Shown piece by piece: positions 1-10,639 of a stretch of 64,000 nucleotides of DNA. The translations under genes were made by a program, and so were the position numbers. The notes beneath the pieces are model-generated. The model ran no database searches, was not told the origin of the DNA, and saw only the letters and a program-made list of their open reading frames with translations. Each line of letters opens with the position of its first letter. Within the stretch, counting starts at the first letter, position 1. This DNA comes from a virus: positions 84,144-148,143 of IMG/VR virus record IMGVR_UViG_3300023213_000432; one strand, 5' to 3'.

Positions 1-43
1 TTTTTGTTTTAATTGTGGCACTGAAATAATCGATAAAAAAGAA

Positions 44-2806
44 TTGTTACGACAACCAAATCGTGTTGGTTTTTGCAAAGACTGTGCCCATGATGCTTGT
101 AAAAGGACAGGAATTGCATTATTATCTAGTGTTATCGATACTTTATTGAAATATGATGGCTTCTTTCAGGCCTCTAAAGAAGAAGCATTAATAGCCACCC
201 CCAATGGACCCGCTCCTCCAAAGATGGTTAATCCTAATCCAGTTGAGATTGACCCTACCAAAACCAAAGTTAAAGTGGAGGTAGGTCAAAAATGGAAAAT
301 TTTAGGCGATACCTATGAGATCGTTGCCCTTGATTTGATTAATGGGCGGTGTGATGCTATTCGAGACCATGATAAGCAGGAATATAAAGGTTTTGGACTA
401 ATTGACAAAGATGGCTATCCGGGTTGGACTGTAGTTGGATGGCGAGTAATTCCCGCTCCCAAAACAAAAATTGAAGTAGGACAAATATGGATGTCGCTTA
501 ACTCCAGACTTACGTATGAAATTACTAAAGTTATGCCAGGGCAAGCTAAAGCCGAAGCCCTACGTTCGGATGGTAGAAATGATCGGTTCATTGGAATTAA
601 GTTAGATGGGTATCCTGAAGAAGGTTACTGGAATGGTTTTGTGTTGATTTCTAAAAAACCTATTGGATCCAAAAATATGAATAACATTAAAGTAGAGGTT
701 GGACAGAAATGGACTTATTTAAATCAGACATATGAAATTACCGACATTAATTTGATCGATGGATATTGTCATGCAATTGACGTTGATACCGGTAAAAAAG
801 TATTGAATTGGGCGACAATTGACAAAAAGACTGGAAAGGCGAATTTTCCGTCAGTTGATTTATGGGAAGTGGTTGCAGCTCCTAAATTCAAAGTAGAAGT
901 GGGACAAGTTTGGGCACACATCGGTACTCCAAAAATTACTTACAAAATTACTACAGTTGATTCTAAAGGGCGCCATTGTAGTAGTGAGCACGGTGGGTTT
1001 GGTAGTTTGGATGTTGATGGATTTCCTTTATGGAACTTGGAGAATTGGAGGATGATCTCAAAGGATCCAAAACTAAGCAAAATCAAAGTAGCAGTGGGAC
1101 AGATTTGGGAAACCCAATCTAGAAATGGAAATGAGGTTGTCATTACCTCAATCGATAAGAAAGGCAACGTTGGAGTCATTACACACAATGGTGGTGATTC
1201 TAAAGAATGCACGTTTGGGACTATTGATAATGAAGGATATGGCAACTGGTACGGTTGGCAATTAAAAACAGATGCTCCTCATGCTAGTCAAACCAAGATC
1301 AAGGTGGGACAAGTTTGGAAGCAACATTCTTACAACAAAGAATTTACCATCACCAGTATCAAAGACGGTATTGTTATGGGAAAATTTGATGATGAAACTA
1401 AAAGTCTCTTTTGGAATCATCTTAATTCGGATGGATGTTTAACAGCTGATGTTCCTAATTGGAGATTAGTTAAGGAAGTTATTGTTCCTAAACCTGCTGT
1501 AGGGCAAAAGTGGAAGTGGATTTCAGATATTGAACCATCTATTAAGGGGCACGTTTTCACTTTGAAAGAAATTGTCGACTGTGATTGTTATTTTGACAAT
1601 TTGAGTCGCCGGATTGCTAGAATTAATAAAGATGGAACCATTTGGAAAGACAATTTACTATATTGGGAATTGGTGGAATTGGAAGATCATAATACTTCTT
1701 CAGCTGTAAACGATTTATTACTTCTGGAAAAGTTAGAAGCCATTTATAATGGAGGAGATTCTAGCCTTTTAGTTAAATATCCAGGTCTTTGGAACGAGAT
1801 GTGCAGTCTTGGATATTTCAAGCACGGAGAATATCCTAACAATCGCAAGATTGAAGAACGACTTACTGTTCATGGTTATGCTAGGATGATGGAGTTACGC
1901 AAGAAAATTAGAGGTGCTTCTGAAATCAAAGTAGGACAGATTTGGAAGTCACCTTCGGGCGTTGAATATCGTATTAGTAACATACCCACTACTGACAAGG
2001 ATGGGACTTATTTAATAAGTATCGATTTGCTTTGTGACGGCTTTTGGAAAGGTGGGTATTTGTGTAGCGCCCGTAATGGAGTGTTAAACGATAACGGGGA
2101 AAGCTGGGTATTGGTACAGGATGTTGTAGAACCCGCCCTCAAAATTTCTCCTGTTCAGCCGGGACAAGTATGGAAAGATAAAATTAATAATGAATGGCGA
2201 ATTAAAAAAATTATAAATGATAAACGTGCCATAGCAGAAATCAAAGGATGTGATGATCAGTGGAATGGTGACTACGATGTGGGTTTGGACGAAGGATATT
2301 TAATAGGTGATTGGATATTAATTACAAACTCTCAAGACATCCCCAAGAAGTTGAAAAAAAATCCCAAACGTCAATTCACTCTCCGAGAAACCATCAAGGA
2401 AGATATTGCCGATGCTGGATACCGTGTAGCCGCTAACCAACTTACCAAAGGAGCACATGCAGCTATTTCAAAGTTGTTGGAAAGTCGAGGATATTCTTCC
2501 GAGAAAATTAAGATATTTATTGAGCTATTAGATACTGATTTTGGGAAATCATTGGTTGGAATGATTTTAGGAATGAGTTTAACATATACTCCCCAACTTA
2601 AAACCAATACTCATGCTCAGAAATTAGCCCGAGAGTTTCGGGTTGGTTCCATGAGCACCATGGGAAATGCCATGGCGAATTATATTCTTCCGGCAATTAT
2701 GGATTCCTTATCTGAGGATAATGTTAGAATTGCGCCCGAAGTGAGAGTGGAAGAGCAAGAAGAATTAGTATTGGAAGAAGAAGCGAATAAAGAGGCATAT
2801 GTATGA
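44..2806 (+). CDS. Large repeat protein with nine VGQxW-type small beta-barrel-like modules and a conserved C-terminal helical domain; 5'-truncated
   Basis: Frame is open from base 2 (FCFNCG...CKDC). Nine modules begin with a (V/P)GQxW motif. The C-terminus EDIADAGYRVAANQLTKG...AQKLAREFRV is shared with 31619..34183. Confidence 0.85.
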   Translation: MLRQPNRVGFCKDCAHDACKRTGIALLSSVIDTLLKYDGFFQASKEEALIATPNGPAPPKMVNPNPVEIDPTKTKVKVEVGQKWKILGDTYEIVALDLINGRCDAIRDHDKQEYKGFGLIDKDGYPGWTVVGWRVIPAPKTKIEVGQIWMSLNSRLTYEITKVMPGQAKAEALRSDGRNDRFIGIKLDGYPEEGYWNGFVLISKKPIGSKNMNNIKVEVGQKWTYLNQTYEITDINLIDGYCHAIDVDTGKKVLNWATIDKKTGKANFPSVDLWEVVAAPKFKVEVGQVWAHIGTPKITYKITTVDSKGRHCSSEHGGFGSLDVDGFPLWNLENWRMISKDPKLSKIKVAVGQIWETQSRNGNEVVITSIDKKGNVGVITHNGGDSKECTFGTIDNEGYGNWYGWQLKTDAPHASQTKIKVGQVWKQHSYNKEFTITSIKDGIVMGKFDDETKSLFWNHLNSDGCLTADVPNWRLVKEVIVPKPAVGQKWKWISDIEPSIKGHVFTLKEIVDCDCYFDNLSRRIARINKDGTIWKDNLLYWELVELEDHNTSSAVNDLLLLEKLEAIYNGGDSSLLVKYPGLWNEMCSLGYFKHGEYPNNRKIEERLTVHGYARMMELRKKIRGASEIKVGQIWKSPSGVEYRISNIPTTDKDGTYLISIDLLCDGFWKGGYLCSARNGVLNDNGESWVLVQDVVEPALKISPVQPGQVWKDKINNEWRIKKIINDKRAIAEIKGCDDQWNGDYDVGLDEGYLIGDWILITNSQDIPKKLKKNPKRQFTLRETIKEDIADAGYRVAANQLTKGAHAAISKLLESRGYSSEKIKIFIELLDTDFGKSLVGMILGMSLTYTPQLKTNTHAQKLAREFRVGSMSTMGNAMANYILPAIMDSLSEDNVRIAPEVRVEEQEELVLEEEANKEAYV

Positions 2807-3225
2807 TCTATGTTTTGATGCAACGCCATCCAAGTAAAAACGCTCTTAAGTTTTATAGCATGTATGCGGATCCTCATAACTTTCTCTTGCATGTTGCCGC
2901 GGATCATTTAGTCGATGATTATGCAGATAGGTTTTGTTTTGACGATCTGCATCCAGAAGATCAAGTCAAGGCAGTTAGAAAATTAGTCAAGGAAAATCTT
3001 CAATCTGAAGAAGAAGTTGTTTTAATCGTTAATTCTTTAGTTGTTATTTATGCCCTTAATAACGAACTTCTTAGGAACAACAAATTGAAAGTAAATGCTT
3101 GGGAAGTGTTACCCACAGGCAAAAGAAACTCAGCCATCAAAGATCGTTGGATTGATGAAAGTGTCTTGGGTCATGTATCGGAAAAATTATCTTTGGAATT
3201 AAACAAGTTAAGAGATGAATCATGA
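2803..3225 (+). CDS. Hypothetical protein
   Basis: 140 aa ORF with ATGA overlaps at both ends. Confidence 0.75.
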   Translation: MIYVLMQRHPSKNALKFYSMYADPHNFLLHVAADHLVDDYADRFCFDDLHPEDQVKAVRKLVKENLQSEEEVVLIVNSLVVIYALNNELLRNNKLKVNAWEVLPTGKRNSAIKDRWIDESVLGHVSEKLSLELNKLRDES

Positions 3226-3458
3226 AGATCAAATCCACATTGTTTCAGTTACGGCGCTTCATTGCTAAGACCATTCATATTGGTTGTGAGACGTGTCAAG
3301 ATGGAAAGATTGAACTCACATTTTGGAGAGGAAAATGCCCGGTATGTGGAAGAGGTTTTCCATCGCTCCACGAAGTTAATTCTTTTACTCATCAAGAAAT
3401 GAATCCTGAATTCCAAGACATTGAATGGCAACGTGTAAAAGAAGAGTTAGAAAAATGA
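3222..3458 (+). CDS. Small zinc-ribbon protein
   Basis: CETC...CPVC; ATGA coupling. Confidence 0.7.
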   Translation: MKIKSTLFQLRRFIAKTIHIGCETCQDGKIELTFWRGKCPVCGRGFPSLHEVNSFTHQEMNPEFQDIEWQRVKEELEK

Positions 3459-4003
3459 TAATTAGATTTTTCAAGTACCTTTATGGAGATTTTCAAGAAA
3501 ATGAAAAGTGGACAGCCATCGTATTCGGATCGACTGTTTGTTCCTTTTTGAGTTGGGCTTTGTTAGCTACATTCCACGTTATACCTGTTCCTCATTGGAT
3601 AATAATATTAGATATTATTGCTGTCGGACTTTTAGTTATCGGATTTTTTGTTTCAGCTTTTGCAGGTATTAAAGATGATTGGGAAAGAAAATGGGCTCTG
3701 GCGTTTGGGACAGCGTTGTTCCCTGGATTTGTGATTACTAACGTTTTGGCTGGCATGATTATTGGGGCGATAAAAATGGTTGGTATCATCGGCAACTTTC
3801 ATAAATTTCTTGGTTCGCTTGAAGACAGGCGACGTATTCGTCAAGAAACTAAGCGATTGGCTCAACAAAAAGAAGCGGAGAAAGTGCGAATTCCTTCCAG
3901 TGGTTCATATCGCACTTCAGCCCCGACGTGTAGAGAGTGTGGTCAAGAGGTATTTTGTTTGCCATCGGAAGCGGTTCAAGAACAGAAGTATATTGATGGT
4001 TAA
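3455..4003 (+). CDS. Membrane protein with C-terminal CxxC
   Basis: Three hydrophobic segments; C-terminal GSYRTSAPTCRECG; start moved to the ATGA overlap at 3455. Confidence 0.7.
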   Translation: MIIRFFKYLYGDFQENEKWTAIVFGSTVCSFLSWALLATFHVIPVPHWIIILDIIAVGLLVIGFFVSAFAGIKDDWERKWALAFGTALFPGFVITNVLAGMIIGAIKMVGIIGNFHKFLGSLEDRRRIRQETKRLAQQKEAEKVRIPSSGSYRTSAPTCRECGQEVFCLPSEAVQEQKYIDG

Positions 4004-4716
4004 ACCGATTCTTACCATTCAAGAAGCTATCGCCATTTCGTCATATCGGGCGCAACGTGGAATGCTGCCACGATTGATTATAGAAAATTTGATCAAGGAT
4101 GGGTTTGGTGCTCATCAGATCGGGATAATTATGCGATGGTCTAAATTATCAAAAGGAATGAACGTATGGTAAATAAGAAAAAAAAGAATGTCGATTTGCA
4201 CAAACAACTGTGGGAGCATACACAAGCCATCTTAAAATTAATCGGAATCTTTTTACAAAATGGAGTGAGATTATCTAGCCTCAGGCATAGAGGAGATCCT
4301 TGTCAAAAATGTAAAAGACCAGTAGCTAATAATTTGGCTCGGGAGGAATTAATAACTGACGGAGATGGGCCTGATTTATGTTGGGGATACTGCGCATTTA
4401 AGGAAAGTGATGGAGAGTAATCAAGCAAAAGTTTTGTATGGCATATGGTGCCAACCTAAAGATGGAAGTTTAAATGGTGTATGGCAACATAGCGGAAGCT
4501 ACATTTGTTTGTGGGATAGTAAAGATCTGGTTGGTTGCGAAGTAGAACGGTCAAGATTAAACTGTCCTGGATGGATGTATGAGGCAAGAGAATACGAATA
4601 CGTCCCCAAAAAACAAGATGTGTTATATAGATATAGCCACCTGCTGTATAGATACAGCAAAAGGAACAATAATCCAAGATTTTAATTATGGAGAGAAAAA
4701 TATTAAGGAGTAACGC

Positions 4717-5769
4717 ATGTCGGATTTCAACGCCATAGTAGTTAAGCTCGGAAAGATCGATCCGCTTCCCAATTCTGATTTTTTGGAAATCACTACTGTG
4801 ATGGGGGAGTTTCCTGTAATTATTAAAAGGGGACAATATCGTGAGGGACAGCTGGTAAGCTTTATACCTCACGACGCAGTTTGTCCTGATACAAAAATGT
4901 TCCACTTCTTAGCACCTCCTCCTAAGAAAGATGCTGATGGAAATATTATTAAACCTACGCCACCTGTAGGAGAAGTGTTGATCAAAAATCGTACTATTAG
5001 GGCCAAGAAAATACGCGGGACGTATTCGGAGGGACTTATTGTGGATGCTCCGCCTGATTTCAAGGAAGGAGATAGTATCATTGAATATTTTGGGTTAACC
5101 AAGCGCGTTTATGAAGAAGAACTTCCTGAGCGTGGTGGGAGAAACGAAGTGGCACCAACCACTTTCCAACTCTTCAAATATGATCTGGAAGGCTTTGCCA
5201 AGTATGGATATGTGTTTGAGGATGGCGAAGAAGTTTTGATCACCGAAAAGATTGAAGGTGAAAATTGTGCTATCGTCTATGCAGAAGATCGACTTTGGGT
5301 TAGAAGCCGTAACTGGTTTAAAAAAGACGAACCTGATAGTCATTGGTGGGAACTTCCTCGAAGGCTCAATCTAGTAGAAAAATTGAAAGAACTGCCGGAG
5401 CTGTGTTTGTTTTTAGAGTTGTATGGTGCTGTTCGGGGATGGAAATACGATTGCCAAGTTATCAACAGCAAGATCCAACGAAACGGTAGAATTTTTGATG
5501 TTTGGGACATTAAGAAGAAAAAGTTTTTGGAATGGAAAGAAGTTCAAAGCATTGCTAAGCAGATTGGAATGGAGACCGTTCCTATTTTGTATCAAGGCGG
5601 CTGGAAGACGGATCGATCTCTTCACGCTCTTGCTGAAGGTAAATCAACAATCGGAGAATGTGTTCGTGAAGGCTGGGTAATGCGCAGTATTCCCGAAGGA
5701 TGGCATGAAAAACTTGGCAGAAAGATCGTGAAACTCAAAGGAAGAGATTATAAGATTATCAAAGGTTAA
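4717..5769 (+). CDS. RNA ligase, DRB0094/Rnl5-like
   Basis: N-terminal OB-like domain (IDPLPNSDFLE, RGTYSEGL); motif I ITEKIEG, LELYG, IFDV, REGWV, terminal KLK; SD AGGAG. Confidence 0.85.
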   Translation: MSDFNAIVVKLGKIDPLPNSDFLEITTVMGEFPVIIKRGQYREGQLVSFIPHDAVCPDTKMFHFLAPPPKKDADGNIIKPTPPVGEVLIKNRTIRAKKIRGTYSEGLIVDAPPDFKEGDSIIEYFGLTKRVYEEELPERGGRNEVAPTTFQLFKYDLEGFAKYGYVFEDGEEVLITEKIEGENCAIVYAEDRLWVRSRNWFKKDEPDSHWWELPRRLNLVEKLKELPELCLFLELYGAVRGWKYDCQVINSKIQRNGRIFDVWDIKKKKFLEWKEVQSIAKQIGMETVPILYQGGWKTDRSLHALAEGKSTIGECVREGWVMRSIPEGWHEKLGRKIVKLKGRDYKIIKG

Positions 5770-5774
5770 TTCGC

Positions 5775-6674
5775 ATGCTTAAACTCAACAAAAACCAGCA
5801 AAATAAAGAATCCATCTTCAAGATTATAGATAGAATTGTCAATGAGTGTATTCTTTCTGCTAAGTCAGATAAAGCTAAAAAATGTTTAATGAGAACTGTG
5901 GTGGCGGTTGAAAACATTGGAGAAGGTGTTGCTAAATTAAAGGAAATGGTGGAAGATGCTTATTCTTTATCTGGCGCCCTTTCTACTGTGAAACATGATC
6001 GGTTCTCTAAATGTCAGGATCATTTAGAACGTGCCCGCCAAGAATTGGAGTGATTCAATTATGTTTTTTAAAAAACCTAATCTCAAAGATAAAATCGCAG
6101 ATGCTATAAATTACGTCACCAAAGTCAAAGGATATCAATTAATCGAAAATGAGTGGGGCTCGGATATAGAAAAGAAATGTTGTGCCCTTGGGTGTGTGCT
6201 AGTTGTTAATGGAAAGCCAATAGCTTCTGATCATATCAATATTGATTCTGTTATGAAACTGTTGAAGGTAGATAAAGTATGGATACATTGTTTCATGAAT
6301 GGGTTTGATGGTCTTAGTCGAGATGGAATGCAATCTCTGCCTGATTATATTGATGCGTTTGAATTAGGAGCTACATTGAGATGCGAGTATCTTAGTCATT
6401 TGATTAAAAATAGATCATGTGAGGAGTAGTCATGGGCATGTGTCTTGAAGAATTTGGGCGTATTAGTATTGAAGTACGGCGCGAGAGCTTCATCGTTCAT
6501 ACGAACTATGGTTACGACGAATCCGGTGACCGGCACTCCGATCGTGACGGTAACTTTGGAGTCACTTGGCGTGAGAGTCCGAGTCCAGAATTCTATCTCT
6601 CCGATCTCGATGATCTGATCAAAGCGCTCGAAGACGCTCGCCATTACATCAAAAACAGAAAGAATAAATCATGA
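5775..6674 (+). other. Three small hypothetical CDS (5775..6053, 6061..6429, 6432..6674)
   Basis: Closely packed co-directional ORFs. Confidence 0.6.
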
Positions 6675-6877
6675 AAAAATTATTTAGTGTATTAATAGTG
6701 TTAGCAGTTGGAATCTCGGCATGCACAGTATCAGTGTGCCGACCCGTGGTAAAACGTTGTCACACGGAATGTTATTCGGTATGTTGCGATCCTGTGTATG
6801 GCTATTGTTATGATTGTGATTGTCATCAGGTATGTGTGGATGATTGTGCAGCAGATCAAATTGATGGTGGAAGATGA
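6671..6877 (+). CDS. Small Cys-rich lipoprotein
   Basis: Signal peptide with lipobox ISAC followed by many Cys. Confidence 0.7.
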   Translation: MKKLFSVLIVLAVGISACTVSVCRPVVKRCHTECYSVCCDPVYGYCYDCDCHQVCVDDCAADQIDGGR

Positions 6878-7126
6878 AAGGCAATTGTATTTGCGGTGAA
6901 CATTTTCGAGACGCGGAAGACTATCGAGATCATTTGCCGTGTCCGGGATCTCCTGAAGAACAAGCTGTTGTTAAAGAACGCTCTTTAATTGTTAAGTATC
7001 TTAAAATGATGCATTTCGAAATACACAAAGAGCCCATTGATTACGCCTTTGCTATCGAGCGTTGTGAGCACCATAAACTACCTCCTGATAAAAGTGTTCC
7101 TATTAAAGAGCTTTCCGAAAAATTAA

Positions 7127-8175
7127 ATGAACCCAAACCGTAGAAAACAATGGTGCCTTATTTTCGGTAAACCAGCATCATCTCATCCTGCTCCGCATCA
7201 TTATGCTAAGTTTGTTGGAACTCCAGTATTAGATGCCAATCGATTCAATCCACGTCTCTTCTTTACTAAACTAGAGGCAACAAAGTTTGCTTCTGATTTT
7301 GTTAAAAGATATCATAATCGTTGGGAATTGATCGTGCAAAAATATAATCCACGAACAACTAAAAATAACCCCACCCAAATCTGTAATTTTTGATAAGGAA
7401 GAACGTGTTAGAAAAATTCCGTTTGGCCCCGAATTCTAATCAAAGAAAACAGTGGGGTGTGGTTTATGGCAAGACAACTCAAGACCATCCTTACCGAAAT
7501 GATCCTCAACAGTTGCTAAAAGTAGAGCAGAGCAATACAGGAACGTGGGCTATAATGGCATGCTTCTACACGCGACGGGAAGCTCAAGAGTCCGCACATC
7601 GTTATGAGGTTTCCAATCGTTTCTGGCATTTCCTTCCCAAGAAATTTAATTTTCATAAAGATAATCCGTGGCGCTCCTTCTAAATAAGAAAAAACAGTGG
7701 GGCATAGTGTTAGGAGAGCCCACCGCTGATAATAAAGATACAAGTCTCCATATAAACAAAATTGGTAAATGGGTTGAAGCATGTGTTTATGCTGGTTGTT
7801 GGCTTGTTACTAACGGAGAAAATAAATCTCTCTTTTTTACCAAAAAGGAAGCAGAGGCGTGTGCCAAAGAACTTTGTCAAAAGAATCGTCTATGGACGTA
7901 TATAGCTAAGAAATTTAACCCTCACAAAAATAATTATGAATCCCAACCGAAAATTTAATTGGACGATTGTTGCTTTTGAAGTTGGCGGTATCGTTTTTGA
8001 CGGATATTGTGGCGATCCTGATAATGAAGGACAAGGACTTAGCGTTATTAAAACATCCATTCTATTTTATACTCGCAAGGCTGCCCGGAAGGTGGCTTAC
8101 AAGTGGAATAGAGAAAATAATATGTCCGACTATAAATTTAAACCCGCTAAATATAATCCAAGACAAGATACATGA
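7127..8175 (+). other. Tandem array of four paralogous small CDS (7127..7393, 7390..7683, 7668..7958, 7936..8175)
   Basis: Shared (KQ/FN)W.(L/V/I), F(F/Y)T(K/R)..A and terminal K(Y/F)N(P/F) motifs. Confidence 0.75.
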
Positions 8176-8721
8176 ACCTTAACGAAACTATTCGTTATCC
8201 TAATGGCACTGTTTGTGTCGTTAAGAACGGTAAAGTATTCCATATTCACTACCATAATGGAGATAAGATATGGTTTGACACCCACGGCAAGGTGATCAAA
8301 TTGGAAACCCATGATGGTATTTTTTGGAAAGAATCTGACAATCGATTTTTCAATGCTAATGTTTTTGGAGTTGTTTTGATGGTTATCATTTTTGGATATT
8401 TGTTTGTTAGAGGTTTCTTTCTTTAAAATGAACGTTCGAACTTTTATTGCTATTTCTGAGGCTCCTACCGCTGATGAAGCTTTTACTCAAGCTAAACAGG
8501 ATGCCCAAAATTATGAAGACGATAGTGGAGAAGTTGGATCCATTGTAGGTAAAACATCTTTATATATTGCAGGCGCCCAAAATGCCATCACGAGCAAGAA
8601 AAGCCGCCCGAATTTGGTTGAACAATGCTTTTCAAAACAAAGAAGAAATTTTTATCTCGACTTGATGTTCGAGATTAAATAAGAGGCAATCAAGCCTTTT
8701 GATGTATTATGGAGAAAAATT

Positions 8722-9069
8722 ATGGATAAACATACAATTCGCAACGACAAAGGCGAGATCGATATTAATGCGTCTGTTAATGAATACTCTAAAGCGCTCT
8801 CGCTTTGGGTAAAAGAAAACGAAGTTAACCAAGACGAGATCTCTAAAGCAATGGACACGATATTGGATCGATTTGATCTTTTGCCTATTCAGATGTTGGT
8901 TCAGGAAACGGTGCAGGAATTAAATCCAACGCCTGAGAAATTCAACGTTCTGAAGAAACAGGTGCAAGGATTTATTAAAGCCCAGCGAGAGATTGGTGTT
9001 TTAATGGTTAAGACTGGAAAACATGGTGGTATTCATCGAACTCAGATAGAAGATAAAACGAGCAGTTGA
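8722..9069 (+). CDS. Hypothetical protein
   Basis: 115 aa ORF with SD GGAG; C-terminal GKHGGI. Confidence 0.7.
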   Translation: MDKHTIRNDKGEIDINASVNEYSKALSLWVKENEVNQDEISKAMDTILDRFDLLPIQMLVQETVQELNPTPEKFNVLKKQVQGFIKAQREIGVLMVKTGKHGGIHRTQIEDKTSS

Positions 9070-9160
9070 TAAAGACAAAGGAGGTAAAACGGATCATCAT
9101 AGTTAAAGAGCGTGTCCGTTCCCTGCCTCCCTTTCTTTAGAATACAAAGGAGAGCAAATA

Positions 9161-9907
9161 ATGGAAACTAAAAAAGTATATTCAGTTTGGGCAGAATTAA
9201 AAGATGGATCAAAAAACGGTTATTGGCTTAATGATGCTGAGTGGAAATTTGAAAGTATCGCAGATGCCCAAGATTGTGCGCAAAGATTTAACCGTTACTA
9301 TCCTGACAGGAATTATCGAGCGAGAGAATATGAGGATTCGAAGTCATGAAGAAGTATGCAATTTGGGTAGAATACAAAGATGGCTCGGCAAATGGTCGTT
9401 GGTTTCTGGAGTTTAATGGTCGTTTGGAATTTGACGATATCTCGAAAGCTAAAGATTATGTCGCTCAACTCAACGAGTATTATGACGCTGTTCAGGTTCA
9501 AGTTAGAGAATGTGAGGAATTAAAATCATGAAGAAGTATGGAATTTGGGTAGAGTACAAAGACAATTCAAAAAACGGTCGTTGGTATCTAAGTAATGGTC
9601 GGTTGGAATTTGACAATATCTCAGAAGCTAAAGATTATATCGCTTCACTCAACGAGTATTATCACATCATACATTACCAAGTTAGAGAATGCGAGGAATT
9701 AAAGCCATGAAGAAATATGCAATTTGGATAGAAGACAAAGCCGGCTTAACAAATGGTAAGTGGTTTAGATCTCCCCATGCATTATTTGAATCAATCGCAG
9801 ATGCTGAGAGACTTGCTGAACTTTCCAATTGCCAATCCGACAATTTCTATTATTATCAAGCGAGAGAGTACCAAGCGGATTACTGTCAGTCAATTACCAA
9901 TGACTAA
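9161..9907 (+). other. Tandem array of four paralogous ~61 aa CDS (9161..9349, 9346..9531, 9528..9710, 9707..9907)
   Basis: KK(V)Y.(I/V)W.E.K....NG.W...F..I..A...YY...RE in all four; each joined by an ATGA overlap. Confidence 0.85.
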
Positions 9908-10240
9908 AGTCCTTGGCTTGTCGCTCATCCTACCATAAGCAGGAGATTATTTTTTAATGGCAACAATAGGCTGATTGACAGCAGCCCTTAATAAAGTTTG
10001 GCGTTTCTAATAGCGACCTTTTAGAAAACCGTTTGCTTATTCAATCATAAATGATCGAGTTAAGTGCCTTCTAGGTCTCGATTCGCTAAACGTAGGATAA
10101 TAATTTTCTAACGCATATCTTACCTCTTTCTGTATTTGGATAGCAAAAGATATATAACCATCATTCTGAAGTTTTTAAGAAAAAAGAAAGGAAAAAGCAA
10201 TTCCTCCCATGATTAAAATCATGGGCTTCTTTGCTAATAG
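9889..10240 (-). mobile_element. Non-autonomous IS200/IS605-type element, family B copy 1 (target motif ACGAT)
   Basis: Right end GGTAATTGAC, subterminal hairpins, tnpB-3'-like GCTGCTGTCAATCAGCCTATTGT; near-identical to 35886..36231 and 43185..43541; no target duplication. Confidence 0.9.
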
Positions 10241-10243
10241 ATC

Positions 10244-10639
10244 GTGATTCGTTCCCAAATTCTCACTTTATGTGTTGCTATTCGAAAAGCCTGCTTGAAC
10301 ATTGGTTTTGATAGAGATTTGAATGGAGCTTGTGCCATCGCTTCTTATTTTCTTCATTATAAACTTCATAGTCTAAAAGTTAAATCAAAATTCATTCAAG
10401 GAGAATATGAGGGATTGGCTCATTGTTGGGTGGAAATTGGAAACGCTATTGTAGATATTACTGCTGTTCAATTTAGCGTGGATACTGATTTTTTATTGGT
10501 TGATGCCTTGGATGCTCGGTATAATTCGACAGTTAAGAGATATATAAAGGATAATTTGAAATCCTGGCCCGAAAAGCAGAAACCAGAGAACTATTGCGGG
10601 ACATGGGTAAATGATAAGTTGAAACTGGTTAGGAGATAA
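10244..10639 (+). CDS. Transglutaminase/papain-like fold protein
   Basis: GACAIAS...HCWVEI...VDITA.QF gives a Cys-His-Asp triad. Confidence 0.65.
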   Translation: MIRSQILTLCVAIRKACLNIGFDRDLNGACAIASYFLHYKLHSLKVKSKFIQGEYEGLAHCWVEIGNAIVDITAVQFSVDTDFLLVDALDARYNSTVKRYIKDNLKSWPEKQKPENYCGTWVNDKLKLVRR

